Origin: Macrostomum lignano
Taxonomy: Eukaryota
DNA: 64,000 nt
Assembly: GCA_002269645.1 (NCBI GenBank)
Contig: NIVC01001757.1
Coordinates: 62,001 to 126,000 of the forward strand
Direction of reading: 5' to 3'
Shown: positions 53,001 through 63,394 of the stretch, in pieces
How the letters are laid out: every line of letters starts with the position of its first letter
How positions within the stretch are numbered: position 1 is the first letter of the stretch
Program-made: the position numbers and the translations under genes
Notes under the pieces: model-generated
Database searches by the model: none
The model's input: the letters and a program-made list of their open reading frames with translations, nothing else
What the model was told of the DNA's origin: nothing

Positions 53001-56000
53001 ATGCTGGATTTAGCGGAATTCAACTGCAACTCGGCGGAATCGAGTTCAGCTGTCTTGTCAACGAGTTCGGATTTCAACTGTTCCATACCGGATTTAGCTG
53101 ATTCTAATTCGGATTGAGCTTGCTCAAGTTGAGAAGTTTTGTCAACTATTTCAGCTTCCATCTGTTCAAGATTTGATTTAGCAGATTTCAATTCGGTTTC
53201 AGCGGACTCAAGTTGGGTAGCTTTTTTGTTAAGGTTAACTTCGAGCTGTTCGATGTTGGACTTAGCGGATTCCAGCTCAGACTCGGCGGTTTCGAGTTGA
53301 TTCGCAGTCTCAACCAGATCGGTTTCCAACTGTTCGATATTGGATTTAGCCAATTCGAGCTCAGACTCGGCGGACTCAAGCCGGGTAGACTTCTCAGCTA
53401 GATTAGCTTCGACGAGTTTGAGTTTGGAAGTTGAAGATTCTAATTCAGCCTTTGCGGCATCCAACTCAGCAACTTTCTCACTCAACTGTGCTGCAGCTTG
53501 TTCCAACTCAGCCCTAACCGACTCCAGCAGAGCATTCAATTCGGCCTCCTTTTTCTCAGAATCCAACTGAGCAGCCTTGGTGAACTCCAACTCAGCCTCT
53601 AGTCCGGCTAACTGAGCAGATTTCTCAACTAGAGCGGCTTCGAATTCTTTATAAACCGAGTCGTCGGATTTGGAATCGGCAGTTTGATTAGCCAATGCCA
53701 ACTTGGCCTTGAGCTCGGCGCCCTCCTCGGCTAATTCGGCCATCTGATCGCGCAGCTGATCACAATTGGCGGCCAGATTCTTGGCTTCATCCTGGGCCTG
53801 CTCGGTGTCGGCTAGAGCGCCTGACAGCTCCGATTGGAGGTGATCGGCTCGGCTTATAGCGGCGGCCAGTTCGGCTTCCAGGGTGCGGCATCTGGGGCAA
53901 AAAGGAAAGGACACTTGAAGGTCGTTTGCGCCAAATGGCTTCCAGGGTGCGGCATCTGGGGCAAAAGGGAAAGGACACTTGAAGGTCGTTTGCGCCAAAT
54001 GGCTTCCAGGGTGCGGCATCTGGGGCAAAAGGGAAAGGACACTTGAAGGTCGTTTGCGCCAAATGGCTTCAAGGGTGCGGCATCTGGGGCAAAAGGGAAA
54101 GGACACTTGAAGGTCGTTTGCGCCAAATGGCTTCCAGGGTGCGGCATCTGGGGCAAAAGGGAAAGGACACTTGAAGGTCGTTTGCACCATATGGCTTCCA
54201 GGGTGCGGCATCTGGGGCAAAAGGGAAAGGACACTTGAAGGTCGTTTGCGCCAAATGGCTTCCAGGGTGCGGCATCTGGGGCAAAAGGGAAAGGACACTC
54301 GATTTAGCACACTAAACTCTGCCAATTGTGCCACAAAGTTACATGTATCTGTGCTGTTGGCACAGTTGCCTTATTAAATAAAACCTACCTAGCAGCCATC
54401 GCTTGTTCATCGTAATGGCAGTCGGTCTGGGCTTCAACAGCAACAGCCCTAGTCGAGGACTCAGCCGACGAACGCGATGTTGAAATGGACAACGACGCGG
54501 ACGGGCCGGGCGGCTTCTTCGCTAGGTGCATCAGATCGTCTAGACGAAGGCTTGGAGGCGAATTAGTGGCCGCTTCTGCTTCGGTTTCAGCATCAGCAGC
54601 GGTGGAGGCAGAGGCGGCGTTGGCGGTACCTTCAGCGACTTCGCCAGTCATTAAACTGCTGCCAGGACAGGTGGTCACGTCTGTCAAGGTGGAAGTCACC
54701 GATACGCCAGGTGGCTGCGGCGGCTTGGGCGCCGTTGTCGTTGGCGGAGGCGACGGCGGCGTGGCCCATTCGTCGGCGTCGGTGTCTAGCAGGTGATGAT
54801 GCTGATGGCGATTATGGCGATGATGCTGCTGCTGCTGCTGTTGATGAGGCTGGGACAGCTGATGCTCGCTAGCCGATGCTTGCTGCTGATCGTCTAGATT
54901 GAAGCTGCAGTTGGATGCCTCGGCAACTGTGTAAGGAAGTAGGATCAGGAAATCGATTGATGCAGCGGGGAGGCTGGTTTTTAAAGGGCCAGAATTATTA
55001 AAACTAAGAAACATTCCCTATTAGCGGGGAAGGAAAGTTTTGGATTAGAGTAGGTGCCTTTAGGATTAGATTAAAGGACTTGGGAATAGAGGAAAGAGAT
55101 CTGGGAATATGGGAAGCAGATTTTGGAATAAGTGAAGTCACTTGGGATTAGGGATTCTGAGAAGGGACTAAAAGGAAAAGGACATCTGAGAAAAGGACAT
55201 CTAGTTAGTTAAAGGAGTTAGGCTCAGGTGAAGCAGATTGTGAGGAGATTGAGGCATTTATCAGATAATAAGAATTTGACTCAAATTTGTACTCACCAGC
55301 CCCAGCCAGCAGCGCTTCGAGCATGCAGCCAATCCTTCCAAAGCCAGTCAGCGCCTGTTTAACCTCGGCCACGTGATCCTGCAGATTGCGCATAGCCAAC
55401 GCGTTCTCTTCTTCCATCGAGCGTAGGCCGGGCGTACCAGGCGGCTGCATCAGCTGGGCGGATAGCAGAGACACGTCGCGATTGTACTGGTTGTTACCCA
55501 GAGCAAACGAATCGTCTTCCTGATTAGCGCCGCAGGGGCGAATTGATGACATCCTATGATTAGTATTGTTCATAGTAGTATTGTTAGCGAAAGCGGTAGC
55601 CGAGCCTAGCAGAGCGGACACATTGCCTAGCGTAGTGGACAGAGCGGCCTGGAGACCGGCCTCGGCGCCGCGCAGCTGACCGAGCAGCCGGTCGAAGACG
55701 CCTTTCAACTGGCCGAGCTCGGCGGCGCTCATCGCTGCCGCGGCGTCCATCGACATTGGCAGAGAATGGGTGCGCAACTGCGACACCTGCGTTAGGGTTG
55801 ATGGGTGCAAATACAGCAGGCTTATTGTTGAGAGAGAGAGTCAGCTAAGTTGCATCTGGAGTCAACTAGGTTGCAACTGAAGTCAATCAGGTTGCAACTG
55901 GAGTCAATTAGGTTGCAACTGGAGTCAATTAAGTTGCAACTGGAGTCAATTAGGTTGCAAGTGGAGTCAACTAGGGTTGCAACTGGAGTCAACTAGGTTG

Positions 56001-59000
56001 CAAGTGGAGTCAACTAGGGTTGCAACTGGAGTCAACTAGGTTGCAACTAGTCAATTAGGTTGCAACTGGAGTCAACTAGGGTTGCAACTGGAGTCAACTA
56101 AGGTTGCAACTGGAGTCAATTAGGTTGCAAGTGGAGTCAACTAGGGTTGCAACTGGAGTCAACTAGGGTTGCAACTGGAGTCAACTAGGGTTGCAACTGG
56201 AGTCAACTAGGGTTGCAACTGGAGTCAACTAGGTTGCAACTGGAGTCAACTAGGGTTGCAACTGGAGTCAACTAGGTTGCAACTGGAGTCAACTAGGGTT
56301 GCAACTGGAGTCAACTAGGTTGCAACTGGAGTCAACTAGGGTTGCAACTGAAGTCAATTAGGGTTGCAACTGGAGTCAACTAGGGTTGCAACTGGAGTCA
56401 ACTAGGTTGCAACTGGAGTCAACTAGGGTTGCAACTGGAGTCAACTAGGTTGCAACTGGAGTCAACTAGGGTTGCAACTGGAGTCAATCAGGGTTGCAAC
56501 TGGAGTCAATCAGGGTTGCAACTGGAGTCAACTAGGGTTGCAACTGGAGTCAACTAGGGTTGCAACTGGAGTAAGCAAAGTTGCAACTGGAGTCAACTAA
56601 ATTGACAGTCAGCTCTCATATGTGCCTACATGGAGATAATACACAGTATATATATATATATCACTATTCTAATTTGAAAGTTGAATTCAAATTCAAAGTA
56701 CAAACAGAAAATTTAAAGTACTAGACAATTAGACAGTTGTTGCAGTGACTAGTCATGAAAAAAACAGATTATTAAGATTAACCGGCGCCCAGAAATATTT
56801 AGCCATAAAAGCTACAAGCAATAAAATACAATTCAGTATTTTATAGCAAAGCTTATCACTTATCAAAGAGGAAGTAATAAATGTATGCAATTATGTAAAG
56901 AATTAATTGGGAATAAAGTAGAATTACAACACAAGCTATCAAGAAAAACGCACGTATTCCCACGAGGTCCAAATGCAGTTGCAAAAAAATATTTTTATCA
57001 TACTTTTTATTATCCAAAACGATAAGTTGCAGGCGATAGTTAAAGCCATGAGAATAATATTATATTTGTCCTTTAAGCTAACAAAAATGCTGGTCTTACT
57101 ACTTTAAAGCAGCCCAGTAAGATTTTACTCCTTTTATAAAAATAAGGTGACATTAGTTTCTACTTGTCATTTACATACTTGTAAGTAACCTACTTGTCAG
57201 TATCCTACTTGTCAGTAACCTACCTGTCAGTATCCTACTTGTCAGTATCCTAGTTATCAGTATCCTACTTGTCAGTAACCTACCTGTCAGTAACCTAACT
57301 GTCATCAGTAACCTACCTGTCAGTAACATACTTGTCAGTAACCTACCTGTCAGTAACCTACTTGTCAGTAACCTACTTGTCAGTAACCTACCTGTCAGTA
57401 ACCTACCTGTCAGAAGCCTCTACCTGTCAGTAACCTACTTGTCAGGGAATAAACTACTAACCTCCGCTCAGTTGATGAAGAGAATAGGGGCTCTCTCTTT
57501 TATAGCAACTTGTGCTTATTATCAAGGGCTCACTGGGTGCTAAATATAATAACTTTACAGAGTCAACTCACCTGTTCTATCAGCCCTGGCCCAGTCAACT
57601 CAGACATGCTCAATTCGTAATTAATCTGTCCAGCATTAGTCGTAGCAGCGGCCGCTTCTGTCACTGCGCAGTCATCGTCCTCAATGGTAGCAGGAGCATT
57701 CCCGGGTGCCGCAACCCCGCCACTACTAGCCAGAGATGTGACGCACAGATGATAGAACCGTTTACCGCTAGCATTCAAGCACTGACGCGCCTCGGCGCTC
57801 ATTTCAACCAACTGTTGCTGCTGTTGCTGCTGCTGTTGTTGTTGCAACTCCGCTGCAGAGCCAAGCAGGCTTAAAGCGCCGAGACCTTCAACCAGAGCAG
57901 ACACGCTGCCACCGCCGCCACCGCTAGTTGGACCAGCTGAAGTGGAGGCGGGCACTGAGCCGGCAATAGTGAGGCTGCGTCGATTCTGAGCTCCCAGTTG
58001 GATGCTCTCCCAGAACGAGCCGCCAGCTTCCACGTCTAAGCCGCCGCCGCCGCCGCCGCGTTGAATTGATGAAGAGGCCGTGTCAGCATCCGTAGCCGTA
58101 CTGCGATGCTGCAGATGCTGCTGGAAATTAGTAGTAGTTTTTGCTGCTGCTGCTGTTACCAGGGGAACCGGAGCGCTGGCCTGACCGTTGATTGCTTTCT
58201 CGGCGTTTAGAGACGCAACTTCCTGCTGTAAGTAGCAAGATCGGGTAGAATATGAAGAATAGTGTTTAAAGCTACATGTTAGGCATAAATAAAAATAAAA
58301 ACTACATACCCGATATTCATCCAGAAGCTGATTGAGCTCTTCGATTTCAGCTTTGCCTTCGTCTAGTTGCGCTTGCAGATTCTGTGCAATGAGGAAGGAT
58401 AACAGAGTGATTAATATGATGCATAGCACTAAGTCAGAATAACACTGCAAGAATTCTAATCTGAGGGATTTATCCAAAGAAATTTTTGAACTTGAGCATC
58501 AAATGCAAAGCAATACACAATTTGAGAATCAGATCCCAGATAGGAGAAAATCCCATTTGAGCATCAGATCCCAGATAGGAGAAAATCCCATTTGAGCATC
58601 AGATCCCAGATAGGAGAGAATCCCATTTGAGCATCAGATCCCAGATAGGAGAGAATCCCATTTGAGCATCAGATCCCAGATAGGAGAGAATCCCATTTGA
58701 GCATCAGATCCCAGATAGGAGAGAATCCCATTTGAGCATCAGATCCCAGATAGGAGAGAATCCCATTTGAGCATCAGATCCCAGATAGGAGAGAATCCCA
58801 TTTGAGCATCAGATCCCAGATAGGAGAGAATCCCATTTGAGCATCAGATCCCAGATAGGAGAGAATCCCATTTGAGCATCAGATCCCAGATAGGAGAGAA
58901 TCCCATTTGAGCATCAGATCCCAGATAGGAGAGAATCCCATTTGAGTATCAGATCCCAGATAGGAGAATCCCATTTGAGTATCAGATCCCAGATAGGAGA

Positions 59001-60905
59001 TAATCTCATTTGAGCATTAGATGCCAAATAAAAGATAATTCCATTTGAGCGTGAGATCCCAAGAAATCCCATTTATGATTTAAGAACAAATCGAATTTCT
59101 AGAAATATCCCAAGCTAAGAATCCCACGAAAGGCCATCCAAGTTATCACACAAAAATGCATTATCGTTTAGCGTCAGATTCCATAAAGTCACACTTAAGC
59201 ACTTTAATAGCGGTAGCTTATACCTCAATAACGGTGCCAGCATCAGCGAGAGAGCCATTCGCAGCCTCCAATTCCTTATTCAGCTCGGCCACTCGTTCGG
59301 GCAGTTCGGCCAAAGCAAAACCGCACTCTTCCGCAGCGGCTTCCAGTTCTTTGAGTTTGGCCGCTTCTGCCTCAGCCTTGGCTAGGCGAGACTCGAGCTT
59401 CTCCTGCCTACGCCAAGAGCCCTGCAACAGGCCGGCCATCTTCAATATGCGCTGCTCATTCAAATCGCCAGATTTCGTAGACGAAGCCGCGCCGCCAGCC
59501 GACGTTGAAGCGCCCGGAGCTGTCGCGGCGGCATTGGAATCGTTGTTATTAGGTAAGCTGCTTGTGCCGCCGACGACATTGGCAGAAACGGCGTTGTCGA
59601 GTTGCTCGCGCAATTTGGCGCATCGGGCTTCGGCGTCGTCGCGTTCGATTTGAGCAGATTTTAATTGTTCGTCTAACTGGCTGAGCGCTTCGGAGCCTTC
59701 GGTTAATAGGCGTCGCTTAACTTCTAGTTCGCGAGTCAGGCTCTCTACGCGTGATTCTAAGTAGGCGACCCGAGTCTAAATTTGAATTTACAATTGATAA
59801 AATTAATATTAGGAGGCTCTCTACGCGTGATTCTAAGTAAGATAATAGTCTGTAAATTTCAATTTGCAATCGTCCAATCAATAAAATTAATACTATAAGG
59901 CTCTCGAGTCTCTACGCCTAATTATAAGAAGGCTAAATGAGTCTGTAAATTCGAATTCATAATCGATAAGGTTAAAATCGTGAGGCTCTCTACGCGGTAC
60001 TGTAAGTAGACTAAGCGGGTCAGTAAATTTTAATCTACAATTGATAAAATTAAGATCGTGAGGCTCACTACGAAATTTCAAATAAAAAATTATTATATTA
60101 AATTCTGGGGCTCTTTACGTGAAATTCTAAGTGGACAAAGCAGATGCGCAATTCACAGATTTAGTTCATTCACAGGCTCCTTTTCTAAGAATCACATTGT
60201 GGACTAAAGATAATTGAAAAATTCCATTTCAGAATGAGGTCCTCCATGATATAAATATCTAATTGCTCTTACTATACTTGGTTTAGGAAAGTAGAAACAT
60301 GCTTGGGCGCAACCTTGGGATCCACCCGGCCGCCTCTATTGGCAACACACACATGTAAGTCGCTATTGGACGGAATAGTAGTCACGTGACTGCTCTCAGC
60401 CAATAGCGAGTTACATGCGTGTGTTGCCAATAGAAACGGCCGGGTGATTCCCAAGGTTGCGTACGTATGACTGTAGAAAAGTTGTGAAACAAACCAAATC
60501 AGTAGAAACATCGGCTCCATTGGTGACTTTATCCAGCTTTTCTTTTAAATGATAGCAGTGCAAACGTAAATCGAAATTCTCCTGCACTAGTTTGGTCATT
60601 TTCTGCAAGAAAAAAGCAAAATGCTTCTAAATTTTAACAAATTATTCTAACATTAAAAATGAATATGAAAACATTAAACTAAAAAAATTACAAACCTCAT
60701 CAGGCTCGGCACCATGAGCAATATTGGCAAACTTCTTTACACTTTTGGTCCCAACTGCTGATAAAACATAAAATAAGCACTTAGTAATTAGCGGTTACAA
60801 CTAATTAAAATGGCAAAAGCAAAGACATTGGCTATATATTTTCTTACCAGCAGGGAATGGTGATTGCAGTGCGGCAAATGTAGAATCCTGTGTTGCATCA
60901 CTCAT
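47066..60905 (-). CDS. cnn: Centrosomin/CDK5RAP2/myomegalin-like coiled-coil protein, 13 exons, ~1806 aa from ATG 60905 (an acceptor at 60933 leaves a further 5' exon possible)
   Basis: Exons 60905-60848, 60757-60696, 60602-60495, 59775-59224, 58381-58310, 58225-57572, 55786-55297, 54926-54389, 53891-52484, 49649-49486, 48942-48847, 48742-48096, 47637-47066 (5421 nt, phases consistent); CM1-like KMTKLVQENFDLRLHCYHLKEKL...RVESLTRELEVKRRLL; CM2-like FSDRLSTTETLLATAKQRL at the C-terminus. Confidence 0.78.
47750..47935. repeat. 33-bp minisatellite (GAGCGATTTCCCAGGGCGATTCTTATGTTGGTA)
   Basis: Read directly. Confidence 0.88.
49060..49435. repeat. 28-bp minisatellite (CAACTGAGGATCTGGGAGAATGGCTCAG)
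   Basis: Read directly; related to 21490-22570. Confidence 0.93.
49815..52420. repeat. 2.6-kb minisatellite of 17/21-bp units (CTACTGTAGGACAATAT[CTAT])
   Basis: Read directly; a rare-variant block recurs 607 bp apart (51318, 51925). Confidence 0.97.
53873..54299. repeat. 64-bp tandem repeat, 7 copies (last partial), spanning the intron 8/exon 9 junction of the cnn-like gene
   Basis: Unit starts at 53873, 53937, 54001, 54065, 54129, 54193, 54257; each has ttttgccccag|ATGCCGCACCC on the minus strand. Confidence 0.95.
55855..56600. repeat. 22/23-bp minisatellite (GTTGCAACTGGAGTCAACTAGG)
   Basis: Read directly. Confidence 0.96.
57175..57445. repeat. 15-bp minisatellite (ACCTACCTGTCAGTA)
   Basis: Read directly. 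Confidence 0.92.
58510..59010. repeat. 35-bp minisatellite (GAGCATCAGATCCCAGATAGGAGAGAATCCCATTT)
   Basis: Read directly. Confidence 0.95.
59740..60135. repeat. Degenerate ~80-bp repeat spanning the intron 3/exon 4 junction of the cnn-like gene
   Basis: GGCTCTCTACGCGTGATTCTAAGTA...AAATTT..ATTTACAATTGATAAAATTAA recurs near 59740, 59815, 59900, 59985, 60062, 60109 with increasing decay. Confidence 0.75.
60298..60469. mobile_element. Hairpin-type MITE (about 172 bp)
   Basis: Arms 60309-60369 and 60400-60460 are inverted copies (about 60 bp, few mismatches) around central palindrome AGTCACGTGACT; right end GGTTGCGTACGTATG resembles the TIR of the 14794 MITE; TSD unclear. Confidence 0.7.
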
Positions 60906-62199
60906 TCTTGAATCATAAACCAAAGGATTGAAACTGAAAATTTAAAAACATCCAACTCTTTTTATTAAAATAAAACCAACTATAACAACAATTTGTCAAA
61001 ATACTCTCATGTTTTTACTTCAAATTTAGATCTAAAAACTTATAAATAGCTCCAAAAGCCTAGACTAAATTAAAAAAGCTACTATAAGCATATAAATCAG
61101 AAAGTAGTAGCATTGATAAATAGGCATAAAGTTTATTTGCTTAAACATTTATTTGATTTCAATACAAAAAATAATTTTTATCTATCACTAAGTTTTCAAA
61201 CTATAAAATGTCAATTAGTCAATCAAAATTATAAGGCAAAAGTTAAATGGGAGAAGGTGCATATTTGCATAATAAAAGCATACTAAAAAACAAATATGAA
61301 CATAAGCCTATATGTTCAATTATAATGTTTTGGTTTAATGCTTAGGGCTTTGTCTCTAGAATGATTGACTGAAATTAGTTAGTGTGGAAAGTACATTCAA
61401 TTTTATTTATTTTTGTGCTATAATCTCTAATCTCCTATAAAGATAAACATAAAGTGAAACAGATATCTTTTTCAGTTTTGTTCTATAATCATTTTAATAC
61501 AATCTACTTATTTAAATGATTGTAGAATAAAAGTGAATATAGAATAAATATCTATTCTCTATTCACTTTAGAATAGATGGCACTGTTATCTAAAGGCTCC
61601 ATTTATAAAGATATAATTCAAATCTAATATATGCCTTCCTTAATTATCAATAAAGAGAGGTAAGATCTATGTTTTTACTTCTTAAGCCAAAAATTTAGGG
61701 ATTTACTATCCTATATAACCCCACTCCCAAATCTTACATACCCTATTGGAATAAGTCTTCATTTTGCAGACACCCATCTGGCATGCATGGATACACTTTT
61801 AGATGTGGCAAAATCCAAAAATCGGGGGCAAGTTTTTTGAAAATTTGTTTTTGGCAATTCAAAAGCAAAAAAGCTATAAAATAAATTTTATTTAAGTTTC
61901 AAAAGTTAAAAACATCTATATAAGCATAAATTATTCATGTATAGCCTTATTTTTTATAAAATGGTAAGTTAAATTACAACCTAAAATGACTCTAATAAAA
62001 ATGATAGAAAAGCTCTAATAATGTATTTATTAACTTCAAGTATCTTATAATGTACACTCTATAATTCTACAACATATTTAAAATTATTTTTACGGTTTAT
62101 TTGTTTAACACTTTCGTTACTCTTGACAATGTGTATTTTGTAGAGTTCATTTACAATAAATTGTATTTAACGTAAGTTTATTATTTAAGCATACAAATT

Positions 62200-62720
62200 T
62201 CCATAAGGATCAGAATATTGCCTTTTACTCAGCTTCTATTGAAATGATTTGAAAAAATTCTTTTTTTCCCGTATACACGCCGCAATAATATATATTCAAG
62301 TGTAATTTCATTGTTCTTTGTTGCTTAATAAACAAACACTAAGCATCTGATTTGGAAGCCGGATAACACATTGGAATTCCCATAAGGATTGGAAAATTGC
62401 ATTTTACTCAGCTTCTAGTGAAGTGATTTGGAAAATTCTTTTTTCCTATATATATGCTACGAAAATACACATTTAAGTGTAATTTCATTGTTCTTTATTA
62501 CTTAATAAGCATACAGTAAGCATCTGATTTGGAAGCTGGGTAACATATTGGAATTCCCACAAGGATTGGAAAATTGCATTTTACTCAGCTTCTAGTGAAG
62601 TGATTTGGAAAATTCTTTTTTTTTCTACATACACGATGCAATGGTATATATTTAAGTATAATTTCATTGTTCTTTGTTGCCTCATAAGTCTACAGGAAGC
62701 AATTGATTTGGATGCCGGGT
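62200..62720. repeat. Three diverged ~177-bp AT-rich tandem units
   Basis: AAGGAT..GAA.ATTGC.TTTTACTCAGCTTCTA.TGAA.TGATTTG.AAA at about 62205, 62383, 62560. Confidence 0.85.
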
Positions 62721-63394
62721 TCAGATTTTGTGGTACCATTTTTACCTGAAATTTTAAAGTCTTAATATAGGCATATTACATACACTAATACTATGCAAGT
62801 TGATATTTAAATGAAAGAAAACAACTTAAAGATAATTTTGCAACAAGGAATTAGCGGTATATTTACTTTAAAAGAAAGATGTTTATTGGCAAATGTTGCA
62901 CTTTAAATTTGTATGAATTTTCACAAGTTTATGTGGTTTTAGAAAAACTTAAAAATCCTTAGAAATACTTCATCTTTTTAAATAAAATAAAAAGTAAAAC
63001 ACAGATTACTTTCTGTTTTGTAAGTATTTAAAAAATTAGCCTTCTCTAAGGTCTACAAGTCTATAAATTAATTGTTTATTAATGAAAAAAAAGTGAAACA
63101 AAAAATTGCAAATTGGTCAACTCAGACTTTTAAAATGTTTTTTTTGTAGTTTTTTAATCATTTATTCAATAATGTTGAGCATAAAAAAGGTTTTTATCCA
63201 AAACTATTTTTACAGACTTATCTGTCTTTCAAAAAGCTTTTTCAGATACATTACTTTTTATAAAATGTTTGCAAATTTGTTTTATCATTTTATCTCACAT
63301 TTTTGGATTTCACCATGTGTTGGTGTCTATTATATTAGCACGCGCATGCATGGCCTATGCTCCACTTACAAAATAAAAAGGAAGTGCTTATACC

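Noticed and set aside
1096-59010. Regular arrays as CRISPR loci
   Set aside because: Units are contiguous with no unique spacers, there are no cas genes, and the DNA is intron-containing eukaryotic sequence.
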